Positions 13,899 to 28,489 of a stretch of 64,000 nucleotides of DNA are shown piece after piece; position 1 is the stretch's first letter, and every line of letters begins with the position of its first letter. Both the position numbers and the translations under genes were made by a program. Location: positions 51,810,981 to 51,874,980 of the forward strand of contig NC_068998.1 of assembly GCF_001194135.2 (NCBI RefSeq), in the 5' to 3' direction. This DNA comes from Octopus bimaculoides. Lineage: Eukaryota. The notes under the pieces were generated by a model. That model searched no databases and was not told the origin of the DNA. It saw only the letters and a list, made by a program, of their open reading frames with translations.

Positions 13899-13909
13899 AC
13901 ACAACTACC

Positions 13910-13946
<37 letters not shown>

Positions 13947-14380
13947 AAATTTTGTAAGTGAAAAGCTAAAATTAGTCATCACTGAGTTACTTTGATTGCT
14001 ATTTTTGTTGTCACTGTATCAGCTTTTTGAGTGAGAATGCTAATGCCTAATTATCTCTTCCGTAAATTGTCAAGTATTGACTGAAGCAGATAGAAACCCA
14101 TGTTAGTATCATTATTAAATCAAGAACACAAATCTCCAGTGAAAGAACATGCAACGGGGGTGGTTGTAGGGAGGCAGGGTGGAGAGGCTGTTTCCCCCCT
14201 TATGTGATTAGTTCTGGTTTGTTCCTTGCTAAAAAAAGCATCAATAAATGAAGTGCTATCACTTCAGTTTAGAGTCATTTATAAAGCACAGTTTATTCTA
14301 TAGCCACCTACGTGCAGCATCTTAACCTCTTTTGTTGTTTATGGCTGTATTATTACAAGTACCAATAATAATAATAATAA

Positions 14381-14846
14381 TCCTTTCTGCTATTGGCACA
14401 GGGCCTGAAATTTTGTGGGAGGGGGCTACTCGATTACATCGACCCCTGTGTTTCACTGGTATTTAATTTATCAGCTCTGAAACGATGAAATGCAAAGTTG
14501 ACCTCGGCAGAATTTGAACTCAGAACATAGCAGCAGACGAAATTACTATTAAGCATTTCGCCTGGCATGCTATTGATTCTGCCAGCTCACAATCTTACAA
14601 ACAATAGTAATAATAACGGTCTCAAAGTTTGGCACGAGGCCAGCAATTTCGATGGAGGTGGGGCAAATTGGTTACATCAAACCCAGTGATCATGTGGTAC
14701 TTATCTTACCAAGAGGATCGAAGGCAAAGTCGACCATGGCAGAATTTGAACTCAGAATGCAGTGACAAGAGAAATACTGTTAAGTATTTCATCCAGCATG
14801 CTAACAATTCTACCAGCTCACCACCTTATTAATTCTACTACTACTG

Positions 14847-14888
<42 letters not shown>

Positions 14889-14996
14889 GTAGTAGTTTTC
14901 TCTACTGGAAGCACAAGGCCTTGAATTCAGGGGAAGGGATTAAGTTGATTACATTGATCCCAGTGTGTAACTGGTACTGTGACTGGTACTTTAATG
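14381..14996 (-). mobile_element. Head-to-tail array of family A SINEs (two near-full, one partial)
   Basis: Three similar blocks separated by (AAT)n runs. Confidence 0.8.
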
Positions 14997-15729
14997 AAGC
15001 TGGAGCCTCATCCCTAAATGTAACAACCATGTCAGCAGGAATGTCCTTGGGGGCTAAACCCTTTTTCTATGGGTACTTGAAAACACCACAATGTCAGATT
15101 TTGTCCATGTTCAAGAGAAGTTGCTGCTGGTTACTTTTGAAATCTTCTCTGAATAGTTAGGTATCAGTTTGCCTGGAAAGCGCAGTTATTAATAAGGAGA
15201 ATTGAAATCAATGCATGCAAGATTTCACAGTAGTAGCATCTCTCCTTCATAGTCAACCTATGAACTTTTTAACCCACCTTCATATACATACATACACACA
15301 CACACACACACATACATACATACATAAACACACAGACTCTCATCCACACACTTACATATAAGTTTGTGTATATCTGTATAAATCGATGTTTGGAATTACG
15401 TCACTTTATGTGAAAAAGGTAAATCTTAATGATTTGATCGATAGAGATCAATAACATAAGCAGCAGACTGAAATAAGTACTGAGATCAATATTACTAACT
15501 ATAACACTTCCAGGTGTTGCCCCACCATGGCCATATCTGTAGTAACTGAAATCAGTCATAGAAGAAAAAGTTTATAGTTTTAGCTCTCTTTCTTTTCAGA
15601 GTTTCAGTGATCCTGCGATAAACATTAATTTTCTTCATTCTTGTAATTCACCAAATACCACAATGTACATTGCTCATCCAAGGTGTTAAACTGGCTGAAT
15701 TGTTGCAGCCTCAGGATAATTGCTTTACA

Positions 15730-16080
15730 GTATTTCTTCCAGCTCTTTACTGCTTGAATTCAAATGCTGCCCAAGTTAACTTCCATCCTTTGAGGATCGA
15801 TGAAATTAAGTACCAATCAAATACTCGGCTGATATAATGAACTGACCCTCACTCACTAGAATTGCTGGCCTTGTACTTTGCCTAAATCTAAAACCATGCC
15901 AAACAAAATGCTTAGTGACCTTTCATCTGTCTGTACCATCTGGGTTCAAATTCTACCAAGGTTGACTTTTGCTTTCCAGCCTTTTTTCTTTGGTGGTGGG
16001 GTCAATAAAATAAGTACTGGTTCTGCACCAGGCTTGTTCCCCTCCCCACCAACTCCAGGCTTTGTGCCTAAAGGAGGTTG
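15730..16080 (+). mobile_element. Two partial family A SINEs
   Basis: ttcaaat...gttaacttccatcctttgagg and gttcaaattctaccaaggttgactttgctttccagcc cores. Confidence 0.65.
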
Positions 16081-17601
16081 ATTTCTTCAACTAAAACCAT
16101 TTAAGGTGGTGCTCCAGCATGGCTGCAGTCAAATGACTGAAACCAGTAAAAGAATACAGGAATATAGATATATTTAGGCTCCTCACCTGAAGGACGAAAG
16201 GCAAAGGTAACTTCTGTAGGATTTGAACTCAGCACGCAGATAGAATAAATACTGTGAGACATTCTATGCAATTTTATTAACTTTGACAATTCATAGATTA
16301 GACAAAATGACAAGATGGCTGTGGAGTAGTCTGTCTTCTCTTACCAAATTGTATTGTTTTCATAGTGAAAGCACTTAATTGTCAATGGCTAATTAACCTA
16401 GCTCCAAGTAGATGTCACGGACTCTGTGTGTGTGTGTGTGTGACTGACTGGCAGGCAGAATTTGAATTGTAAAACTAATGAGTATTTTGTTGGCTTACAA
16501 TATTGCATTCAACTCCTCCCAGTTATAAGGAAATAGCGTCAATGACTTGTAAGTGTCTTCTCAGAAAAAAAGTCTCATGAACTTGACAAAAACAAAATCC
16601 ATTGTGTATTCCTTTAAGGTGTTTGTAATGAGTACCTACTCTTTACTCCAACAGTTCCTACAGTCAGTCAGGTAGTGTGAAAGAGGGTTTTTGAAGTTGA
16701 GCAAGTTCAGCATTTCCATATATTTTGCCTAGAACCACCTCTAAAATAATCCTCCTCTATTAAAACTGTACTAATCTTATTAGCTATCTTTTGTGTTTAT
16801 TTATTTATTTTTTATCACCCCAATTGCTTGATTCATATTTTTTATTTTGACCCTTTTAATACCTGCCTACCAAAGACTGTCTCTGGTTCCATGCAACAAA
16901 ACCTATAATATTTTAAGGGTTCATATTTAAACTAAAGCACACCATCATAATTTAGTGGTAGAATATTTTGCTATATTCCAAATATAACCGAATGCGAATT
17001 GGGTTTTTTTTTTTTTTGTTTTTACTGAATCCCTTCTGTTTATTAATTATTTTCACAATAATTCGAAACATAATGGTTGTGTCTTTCACCAGCAATATTT
17101 TAGCAAAATGATTTAAAGTTCATTTAATTTCAACTGATATACCAATTTATCATTATTCTATCATCTCTTCAACAAATATTTGATACATTACAGTCTTGTC
17201 AATAGCACTATACAATAGAATTAATATCTTAACGAACCAATATGTGACCTAATTTTTCTCCACATCAACAGTTGCTTCATTTCACCTAGATTGCTAATGA
17301 ACTTGAGAGAATACAACTATTGCACATTCTCATCTCCCTGTCTCCTCTTTATCAGAAGCCTTCTATTTATGTTAAAAATGTATATTTTGAGTATTATTTA
17401 CTCTAGATACAATTACAGCTTAAGATCTTTATTTGGCTCTTGCCTAAAACAAATATTAGATTATGTTTTTGTTGTTGTTGTTTGTTTTTTTGCTTATTGT
17501 TTTCTTAACTGTGTTTTTTCTGGACAAAATTTTATTGTTAATATTGCTCTTGCTTTACAATATTCATATACTTTTATAAAAGGAGCAATCAAAAATGCAG
17601 A

Positions 17602-17603
<2 letters not shown>

Positions 17604-17691
<88 letters not shown>

Positions 17692-17713
17692 TTTGTGTGT
17701 GTGTGTGTGTGTG
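17604..17713. repeat. (CT)n-(CA)n-cttt-(GT)n compound microsatellite
   Basis: Read directly; the CA and TG arms are mutually complementary. Confidence 0.95.
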
Positions 17714-17714
17714 T

Positions 17715-17912
17715 TCATTTATTTGCCTCAGTCATGTGACTGTAGCCATGGTAGAGCACCACTTTTAGCCAAACAGATCGACCCCAGGACTTATTGTTTG
17801 TAATCCTAGTACATATTCTATCAGTGTCTTTTGCCAAACTGCTAAGTTACCAGGATGTAAACACACCAACATTGGTTGTCAAGCAATCATGAGGGGACAA
17901 ACACACACACAA

Positions 17913-17951
<39 letters not shown>

Positions 17952-18280
17952 AATGGAACAAAAACGCAATAGAGGGCATAAAACATTCACACGGACAGAC
18001 GATACAAAGGCAGACAAAAGGAACAACCATTAGAAGGACAGGCAAAAAAGGACAGGTCATTCTTGGCTTTCTTTCATTAGTCAAGTCCCAAAAGTCACGA
18101 CCGTTTCAGGTAGTTATATATATGATGGGCTTCTTTCAGTTTCCGTCTACCAAATCCACTCACAAGGCTTTGGGTGGCCTGAGGCTATAGTAGAAAACAC
18201 TTGCCCAAGGTGCCATGCAGTGGGACTGAACCTGTAACCATGTGGTTGGTAAGCAAGCTACTTACTACACAGACACTCCA
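17715..18280 (-). mobile_element. Family B SINE (CORE-like accttgggcaagtgt block) with an internal ~170-bp insert
   Basis: Reverse complement of gttcagtcccactgcatggcaccttgggcaagtg...gtggatttggtagacggaaactgaaagaagccc; unrelated sequence lies inside its (TA)n tract at ~17950-18120. Confidence 0.8.
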
Positions 18281-20229
18281 ACAGATTCCAAACAGGCTGG
18301 TGTCAGTCTGTATTGGCAAGACATTGTACTGCAATATTGGTAAAATGAGTTCTGTGAACTTGCTTTGAGAAGTGGAAAACCCAGCATTTTGGAGTCTTTC
18401 TTCGGGGAAAAGAGAGAAAGTAGAGACACGGCAGCATTTTACGACTTCTAAGTTTACTTAGATCTAGAACACACCTTTGTACATAAATCTGCTCAATCAG
18501 AACTAACCTGGGATTTAACAACAGCATCAACAACAAATGGTTACTTGGTGTAATCTTACCAAATTTCATACAATTTCATTTATTCTATGCATTGTTTCTC
18601 AATTTCACACTTTTCTTCTATGTTTTAGCTTGGTAAATGTTAAAAAGAAAAGGGAATAGAATTAAAAATTTGTTCACAAGTCACGTTAGTAAAACTTCTT
18701 ACAACTAGCTTCGATAGATTTAGACACCAAAGAAAATTCCTTTAATATCTTCAGATGTACAAGACAGAAAGAAGACAAAATTTGAAAGCAAACTGAATTA
18801 TTGCTTGTTTTCTTTGTACTTTTTAAATAAAATCTCTTCAATGTAAACACTTTTATGATATATGTTTAGCATTAATCACTTGTGTTTGCCTATTTGTGAA
18901 AATTTAAGCTTTTTTTTTTTCAATTTGTTTCTATAACTTTTTTTTGTTGCTTATTTAAATTTTATAAATAATGTTTACTTTGTTGCTATACAAGGTTTGC
19001 AATTTTACTGAATTTATTTTTGAAATTATGATAGTTTTCTATCAACACTTAAAAGCTAATTAAAAATACAAACCAACATAGAAGCATCTACTTGATATAC
19101 TTCACTTGTTAGAAACAGCAGTCAGATTCCTTACTCAAATCATCACCTACCTTAGGCTGGTATTTCTAGCAGGTCAAATGACTGAATTCAGGCTTCATTT
19201 GGTTTGAAAAGGAAAAGTAATTGAAACTCAGAATGTGGAGAGTCTGTTATTTCTAAAAATGCTGCAATGGAAAGTCCACCTTGTGCTGACTAATCTCCAC
19301 CCATCAAGATTATTGGTTTTGTGCCTAAATTAGAAACCAGCAGTTACATATGTAGCAATAAAGATCATTTAAGGGTTTCCTGCACAAAAGAGTTGGGTAA
19401 ACTGGGTAAAAGAAAACAAAACAGCAGAACTCTGGAGGTGTTGTTCTTGGGGTGCCACCAGTACCGCTCCAGAAGTGTTGGAAGAGATTGTCTCCTTCTC
19501 AGTTCTAAGCATTGACAATCATCTTGTGACAAAAGGAGGGAAAAAAACTCATATAGAGGGGGTAGGCTGCTGAAAGTTGCATGAAGGGCCTGAGAGAGAG
19601 AGAGAGAGAGAGAAAAAGAAACTATAGAAAATGATCACACACCCCACCCCCCTTAAGAGAAGAGGAGTCTACCTCTCCCCATGTAAAATTCACAGTCTTT
19701 CATTAAAAATAAAAAAAAACGAAGAACTGATAAACCTGACTAATAGGGTTAATGATTGATGAGGAGATGGGCTTTCATTTTGTGGACACTCAAATGATAG
19801 ACTGCTAGTGAAAACCACATTAATAATCTATGATCAGCTAAATTGCAACTAACTAGAGAACATGCAAGATTTTTTTGCTAAGTCTGACACCAAATACACA
19901 GAGGAAGTTTCAATTATACCAGCTTCAAGGTATGGCAGGCAGCCAATTTCATGGATTCTCATTCATATGTGGGTGGGTTACCCAATCTGTGTTTCATGCT
20001 TTTATATCATGTATCAAATTTTTGTTAGTGTTTTTATTGTAAGTTTTCTTTAATTTATATTCTTTATAACATCCCCACTCATTCCCTTATTTTTATATTA
20101 CCTTGCATTATTGATCCCCATACATTCGTAATTATGTCCCATCTTCTTTTCATTTTCTCTTGCATGTATGAATGGGCTTAGGTGACAGATACATGAAACA
20201 GTCATCATCATCATCATCATCATCATCAT

Positions 20230-20425
20230 GGCTTTAAATTGGCAGAACCATTAGTGTTGGAAAAATGCCTTGTGGTATTTTCTTTGGCTCTTTATTTTCT
20301 GAGTTCAAATCCCCCTGAGGTTAATGTTGCTTTCCATCCTTCTGGGGTCAATAAAATAAAGTACTGGGGGTCAATGATAATGACTAATTCACTTCTCTCA
20401 AAACTGCTGGCTTTGTGCCAAAATT
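20230..20425 (+). mobile_element. Family A SINE whose (ATT)n tail abuts the R4-like LINE tail
   Basis: ctgagttcaaatcc...tttccatccttctggggtcaataaaataaagtactg core; ends gccaaaattggaattattatt. Confidence 0.75.
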
Positions 20426-20520
20426 GGAATTATTATTATTATTATTATTATTGATGTTATTGTTATTATTATTCATATACACACAACAGATTAGACTGTT
20501 GATAAAGAAAATTCCTAACA

Positions 20521-21325
20521 TCGGGCTACAAGTAACCTTAGATGCCAAGAACCCTCCTAAGTATCCTAGCTGTCCCTAATAAAACTGTTTTCTGCAGCTG
20601 CACTAAACTAGGTTTTATGCCTATTTCCTCTATCCACCTGTTCAAATGTTTAGGGATAGTCCCCAATGCACCTATACTACTGGGATACATTTTACCCGCA
20701 CTTTCCATAGTCTCTGTAATTTAATGGCTAGGTCCTGGTACTTTGCTATTTTCTCTATACCTCTTATACTCTCATATTGATTTTTCATCATTTGGGACTG
20801 TAAAGTCAATTATCTGGCACTTTCTATTCTCTTTATCTACTACAGTAATCCCTTGCCATATCGCAGTTCACCTATTGCGGTTTATTATTTAAGCTTACAT
20901 CGATTCCTCCATGGTATTGTTTTGCATTTATAATAAAATAAATATATACAAATTATAAAAATAATTTTTAGAATATACAGTACAGTATTGCTTGTACTTC
21001 ATGGATTTTCACCTATCACAGTAGGCTTTGGAACATAACATCTGCGATAGTCGAAGGATTATTGTACTACCAAATCAGGCTTTCTAGCTTCTATTACTCT
21101 GTCAGTCTGAATGTTGAAGTCCCATAACATCTTATATTTCTTACTTTCGAGTACTTTACTAGGTTCATGTCATACCATTTATCAGTATGTTCAAATCCTA
21201 GCTTTTTACATAACTCCAAGTGGATTGCTCTCCCTAGATTGTCATATCTTTTCTTGAATTCTTTCTGTGCCAGCATGCTACATTCACTTACTATATGAGT
21301 AACGCTTTCCGCTTTTGATTATCAG
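20521..21325 (-). mobile_element. 5'-truncated R4/Dong-like non-LTR retrotransposon fragment (zinc-knuckle end plus restriction-like endonuclease)
   Basis: Minus strand reads ESVTHIVSECSMLAQKEFKKRYDNLGRAIHLELCKK..., RKPDLVVVDKENRKCQIIDFTVP, EKIAKYQDLAIKLQRLW, GALGTIPK...LQKTVLLGTARILRRVLGI*, with frameshifts. These are PD-(D/E)xK RLE motifs; an AAT-rich tail follows near 20425-20470. Confidence 0.85.
20843..21064. mobile_element. Tc1/mariner (pogo/Tigger-type) MITE inserted in the R4-like LINE
   Basis: Imperfect TIRs cagtaatcccttgccatatcgcag and ctgcgatagtcgaaggattattg; TA on both sides (20841-2, 21065-6). Confidence 0.8.
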
Positions 21326-21948
21326 AGAAAATGCTTTGCAGCATTTCTTCTGACTCTTTATGTTGTATGTTCAAACCCTGGCTTGGTTAGCTCTGCCTTT
21401 CATCTCTCTTAAGTCAATAAAGTAAAGTGCCAATCAGTAGTATTGACTAAACGCCATCCCACCTCAAACTGCTGGCCTTGTACCTAAATTAGAAACAATT
21501 ATTATTATTAGTGTTATTATTTATGTTTAAGACTGTTTCATTTGATGTAATTTTCACTGTTTAAAATTATTCAGACTTTAAGACTTTAATTTGGATTATA
21601 ACAAAAATAGAAAAGAAAAACAAATGTGTGAAAATTATGATTCCAACTTGTCAAAACATTCAAATTACAAACCTAAGTAGACAAATATGGCATTGAATTT
21701 ATACAGCTTTCCTGTTCGTATCTCTTTTGATTTGGATTACTATTCATGTGGGGGATATTTCACTTCCTTGTATGCTTCTGGCTTATATTTACTATAAACA
21801 ACTAAAAGGTTTCATGTTGTTTGTAAATAACTGCTTTCCTATTTTGATTTCTCTGATTTTTATTTACCGAGAGGAAGCAGATGGTGATACATGAGGAAAA
21901 CCAGAAATAGAGAATTTCTTTGTAATATCCGCCAAATCTCTTTTCAAA

Positions 21949-22065
21949 NNNNNNNNNNNNNNNNNNNNNNNNNNNNNNNNNNNNNNNNNNNNNNNNNNNN
22001 NNNNNNNNNNNNNNNNNNNNNNNNNNNNNNNNNNNNNNNNNNNNNNNNNNNNNNNNNNNNNNNNN
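21949..22065. other. Assembly gap (N)
   Basis: N run. Confidence 1.
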
Positions 22066-23219
22066 ATATATATAGATGTTACTTCTAGTTGTTTTATGAC
22101 CATTGAGTTAAGATTATATGTTTTTATTGCCTATCTTCTCTTCAGCTTGTTTTGTTTTCCATGATTAAACTTATTGCCTCTTTTCTTGCACCATCTGTAG
22201 CCAGTTCTTCCTTCCTATAATGTTAGCAGGCTTTCCTTAATTAGTTTTGGCATCAGCTATTGACTCCACCTACATTCATTTTCTCTATCTTACCCTACAG
22301 AGTATCTGAAACACTAGTCTTCTTATCTTAAATACACAATTGCTCTTAATTTTCCTTTTACTTTCTTTCTTTCTTTCTTTCTTCATTTATTTATTTATTT
22401 TTATGTTCTATTTTCTTTCATGATCTACTTTCACCTTGATAGCTTCTTCTGCTGAATATTTTCGCTAAATGCTGATTATTTCATAAGTAATGCAGGTAAA
22501 TTGATTTTTTAGCTTTCTAGGACACAGCCTGTCTTATATTTACATTTGCATAAGGCTATGAAATGCAAAAACCTTTGTGTTTTTCAGCTATACATATATC
22601 TCTTGGCCTAGTCTAAAATTGGAAATATTCCTTTCAAATGAAGCAGTGACTTAAAAATAAAATTCATTAAAATAAGCACAACTTACCCTGTATTTTTATA
22701 AATATATAAACTCATATACATTGAGTTATCTTATTAAATTACTTCCCGTGATGGAATGAGTTTTATTGTTGTGTTCTTATTCTCTTGACAGCCTCAGATG
22801 TGGATCAACTTAACCAGTTTTATAGTTACTTAGTTATTCATCACAATATACTAACCACTTCTTTAATTTTATCTCTATGTATGGGAGTGCATGTATATGC
22901 AGAAATTATTTTTGCTTAGCCCCCAAGTCAGTCTTGCAGACTTCTGCAGTTCCCACCAACTAAATTCCCTCGTGCTATTGGTTGTCCCAGGTCTATAAGA
23001 GAAGTTAGTTACCCAATGAAAACATCATAAACATGCATCTGTGCCTGCATCTATATATATACATGTGTGTGTGTGTGTGTGTTTGCATGTATATGTGATT
23101 GATTACATATGCATGTATACATATTTATATACGTATATATATCTTTGAATATACATACATATAAATAAATATATATATATATATATGAAAAGAAGCTAAA
23201 TCGGCTTAGCAGGGAACAA

Positions 23220-23267
<48 letters not shown>

Positions 23268-24921
23268 ATGTGTGTGTGTGTATTTATATATGTATATATG
23301 TATGTGCATATACACATGTATATGTATGTGTTTATGTATGAGTCTATGCATATTGCAGAAATAACACTCTGAAAGAAATATACTTTATTTGTATATAGAC
23401 ATAAGTTTTATTTTCATTTAGCATTTAAATTTATTTAAAAAATAAATCCCAGAAAGAAAACGGGAAAAAGAGACATATTCTAATGTTAGGAAATTTTCCA
23501 AACAAAATCCAGATTTGAAAAACTGTAAAGAACATAAAACTAATTTTATTTGAAGTTATGAAACAATTAAAAAATAAGTAGGGAAAAAAATGTTAAAAAA
23601 AACTAATTACCTTTTGGCAAAATGTTAAGATTTTCAATTCTCAATTAACTTTTTCCACTCTTATCTGTACTTAGAAAAGCACATTCAGCATTTCCTGATA
23701 AAATCTAGAATGCTTAAAGAATTTTGGAACTTCTTTAGTACAACCTATTAAATAACCTGAAAGGAATACAAATCAGCTTGACAGCTAACTAAATTTTAGG
23801 ATGTTAGCCACTAATATTTCCTCATGCTTAAGCTGTGATTGTACTTTGTTTTTGAATACAACTCAGATTAAAGAGAATTGTTGTGTGATTTATACACATG
23901 ACTAAGAAATATTGTGCAATAAATGCCATTGTTATCACAAACAGCTACTATTATAAATGCCAAACTGCATGAATGTATATTGCATATGGGTGTGGCTATC
24001 TAGAATAAATTACCTTAGTTTTCCAAGCATGATGAAGTTATTCTAGGTTTGGTCTTTTGAGTTTAACAACTGACTGTTAACAGGTTAGAGAAGAAGTCAG
24101 TAGCTAGAGTGATAAGGTGAAGTATATGGTTGTGGAGTGGAAGGGGTGAGAAGTGATTTAAAGAACGATATTTGAAGGGTGAATGGATGATAGCAAAATT
24201 TGGAAGAACTGAAAGAGGCAAGAAGCATAGATGGAGAAATAAAGAAAACATGGATTTGAGGAATGGTGAAAAGACAAAAAAAGTTTAAAAAAAAAAAAAG
24301 GATTTCTTAGGGCTTGCCTATAAAAGTGTAAATGTGTTAAATGTGCAGAAGTGAGATTTTTCACTCCTGCTCTCATGAGCACAGATATACTTTGGCAAAC
24401 AGATCAGTTGCTTCATAAATGTAAACACTAGCTCTTTCCCTGCTTAACTTCGATGTATACAACTCCATTCACATATACACATACACACAACCACTCAGCC
24501 ATAATGGTATGAATAACAGGTTGTTAAAACTCAATATACTAATAATATTAGTAAGGTCTGGTGGTGAGGAGGTGTGAATTGCTTGACATACTTCACTTCA
24601 GCCTCATATATGAACCTGTTACAGTAACTGAAATCGGTAAAAAGAAATATAATTTTTTAATAATTTAAGACTTAATTAAACTAAAATCTCAGTTCTGTTC
24701 CAAATTTTGTTTTAATTGTTATTAAGCTGGAGATCAGCTCTGATGTAGCAAACCTATGATTAGAGGCAATTTGGTTTTGACTACTTTGTCTTTCTATGGT
24801 ATGAAGAGTGTGACTACATTATCTCTCATGTTTTTTCCTTGTGTAAGAAAGCAGGGTGTGATTTAGATTTGGTTGCCATTTCTAGCAAGTTGACTAACTA
24901 CTTAGAGACGCCTAGACATCT

Positions 24922-24962
<41 letters not shown>

Positions 24963-25749
24963 TCATAACTAATGATGTCCCATGCCAATACTTTTTAGTG
25001 TAACTTCTGAGCTATTAAATTAAATTCACTTCACATGAAACTTATAGGAGTAACACTGAACGATATTGAGAGTAGTTGACATAATAAGCTCTCAAATGTC
25101 ATAAACTCCTGACATTTAATATAATAACACTAATAGCAAATAGCCATATTTGCACTGGGAATTTTTATAGCCATTTGTTAATTTTGCTTACTATTGATGT
25201 GAGTCTTTGTAATGGAGTTTTATACTCTATAATTGTCAGTAACAATTCAATCAGTAATATTGTGTGCATGTGAATATATATATATATGCATATGCATACA
25301 TATATATGTGTGTGTGTGTGTATGTATATATATATATATATATAGAGAGAGAGGGAGAGATTTGTATATGGATATAGATATGTGTGTTGTGTGTGTATCT
25401 GGAATATATAGAATATTGAAATATCCACAGTTATTTATTTGGAAGGCTTTCACTAGAAAAATTACGATTGATGTATAAACCCCTTAGTATTCTCTTAAGT
25501 AGACATAAAAGTAACCTGGAATCTTTTATAAGATATTGTTTCAGATATTATTGTCCCCTCTTCAGAGAAAATGTACCCTTTTATCCTCCTTTATCCAATG
25601 AACTTATTTAAATTGCTATATATGACAGTAGATAGATTAACCTGTAGTAAAATAAATGGCTTCGCCTGGTTTTGTATGCAATTCACTAATTGACTATTTA
25701 TTTTGTTAACTGTGCTTTTAATCAAAATATCTGAAATCATCGTCCTTGA

Positions 25750-26000
25750 CATCATCATCATCAGCATCATTTAGCGTCCATTTTCCATGCCAGCATGGGT
25801 TAGATGGTTTCACTGGAACTGGTAAGCTGGAGAGCTCTACCTGTCTCCAGTCTGGTTTGGCTTGGTTTCTATGACTGGATGCCCTTCTTAGTGCCAGCCA
25901 CTCCAAGACTGTAGTGGGTGCCTTTTATGTGTCACCGGCACTGGCCACAACTATGATTACATTTAGCATATGTTTTCTCAAGTGCAGCAAATCACCAAAG
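25750..26000 (-). mobile_element. Family D retroposon 3' fragment
   Basis: catcatcatc...tttccatgccagcatgggttagatgg...ctggatgcccttcttagtgccagcc. Confidence 0.7.
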
Positions 26001-26581
26001 ATCTTGATCACTTGTCATCACCTCCATGAGAAGCAACACCTAAAGATCATTCTTCAGCACTTTGTCCTGGGTCTACCTCTTCTACAGGTTTCCCTCCACA
26101 GAGATCACCACTGTTTTTATGCGGTTGTCCTTGACCATACCATTTCAGTCTTCCCTCTGGCATACAACATCTGATGCCTCATACCCAATTTTTCTCTCAA
26201 GACATTTATACAATGCCATACCTGCACACTGATGTTGCACACCCAGTGAAGCATACTAGCTTCATTTCTATGTATAAATAGATCTCTCTACTATTATTTA
26301 TTTGAAGAAATTTCTTTGTTGTGTAATTCTCATCAATGTGTTAATATCCTAATGTTATTGTAAGTAAAAAAAAAATTAGAAGTGGAAATATCTGTGGAGT
26401 ACTCAGCCACGTTAATTTCATGAGCAGGCTGTTCTGTTGATCAGATCAACTGGAACCCTCATCATCGTAACCGGCGGAGTGCCACGACAATATATATTGT
26501 GAATACGGAGAATACACGATATTGAGAATATATATGTGTGTGTGTGTGTGTGTGAGTATGTGTGCATGTGTGTGTATGGAC

Positions 26582-26613
26582 AGATAGATAGATAGATAGA
26601 TATGGACAAATGA

Positions 26614-26671
<58 letters not shown>

Positions 26672-26696
26672 AGATAGATAGATAGATATGGACAAA

Positions 26697-26767
<71 letters not shown>

Positions 26768-26790
26768 AGATAGATAGATAGATAGATGCA
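26582..26790. repeat. Duplicated compound microsatellite (GATA)n-atatggacaaatgaa-(TA)n-(TG)n-(TATG)n
   Basis: The unique spacer atatggacaaatgaa occurs twice with the same order of arrays. Confidence 0.9.
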
Positions 26791-28489
26791 TGCAGATATA
26801 ATTTTTCATGTTTATCTTAAAGTGAAGATTAAGCAGATCAGTCCTCATATCACTGATGATAAAACACTTTTTGATGACCTAATATAATTGATATTGGTTA
26901 TTTATTCGATTAATAGATTAATCACTCTATAGCATAATTGAATTTGATTTTTAATTACCCCTCATCTAACTGATTTATATAGTATTCAGGATGTGTGTAG
27001 ATATCTGTATGTATATTTACTTCTTTAAATTAATAGTGATAAACTAATTTGAATTTTGCCTGATATAATAAACTTTTCACAGCTGAACTTATACACAGTG
27101 TGTGTGTGTGTGTGTGGCCATGTGTGTGTGTGTATGCATGTTCATGTAGATAGATACATACATGCATAAATACAGACATACATATATTACGTGAATGCAT
27201 GCCTACATACATACATACATAAAATTACTTAGTGAAAATGAATAGATAGATATTTGTTATATATCTCCCATATCTGATATGATTGAAGTAGTCTAATGGA
27301 TATTGTGTTGCAAATATAACTCACTTTGTACATTATAATTTACCTATTTTTCGCTATAGTCAAATCAAGGTGCATGCAAGGATTTGTAAACACCAGTGAA
27401 CTCAGTAAAATTTAGTTCTGTTTATAATCTTCATTTTGTAATTACGACAAGGGACCAAGAGTTACGGTGATTTGCTGTACTTGAGAAAACTCAAGTGAAG
27501 TAAAATTGCAGTCATCCATACACACAGGCATGTCCTTTGTAGGTACTGGTGCCACACAAAATGCAATTGTGCTTGTGTCATGTGAAATGCACTCGTACTA
27601 CTTACAGGTACCAGGTGCATAAATGCACCTGTACCATGGCACATGAAAAGCACCCAGCACACTCTGTAAAGTGGTTGGAGACAGGAAGGGCATCTGGCCA
27701 TAGAACTGAACCCAAAACCATATAGTCATACAGCAAACCTTTTAACCATACAGCCATGCCAGCACTTGTTTCATGTATATATGGGGTATCACTGATATGA
27801 TGACATTAAATATACTTTGTTCTGTTATATCAGTTAGAAATTGTGATGCTATTAAGCTATATATTATCTTAGATCTTTGAATCGTAATTGCTTAACAAGT
27901 GTGTTTGTATATAAAATTTAATCTTTCTAGTTTAAGGCCTTAATTTCAGAAAACTCAATATTGTGTTAGAATCATTTGATTTTCTGTTTATTGGATTTTT
28001 AAATTGTTTCTCTCTTCATCTTTTAAAGAACATTTTATACGTGATGGAAATAAATAATTAACGCGTTTTAAAACTCTATTTCTAATATGATATTGAGGCT
28101 GAGTGTTTCAATTAATTTTGTACCCACTCGTTTGAATTTGCCCATCTTGATTACGTCACTATCACAATCCTTCATTGTGTTTGGTGATCAGGACATCAAC
28201 CAGTGTCTGTACAGAGTTGGTCAATGAATGCTATTGTTGGACAGCCACTTTACGCATAGTCATGTTAGGATGTCCATTGAAATGTTTCACAAACAAGTTT
28301 TTACTTACTTTTACTTCAGTGGGACTGAACTGAGAACCATGTGGTCTGCAAGCAAACTTATTACCATATGGCCATGCCTATTAAATTTTTTTTCTTTTCC
28401 CCCTCACCTCTGTATAGGATTAAATTCTGAATTCAATGGTGCTTGAGAGAGCAAATATGATGAACTTGTATGTTTTTCTTAGTGAACAT

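Noticed and set aside
14762-17803. ORFs of 132 aa (14762-15160) and 170 aa (17291-17803)
   Set aside because: Built from SINE, (AAT)n and (CT)n sequence, with hydrophobic low-complexity composition and no recognisable domain.
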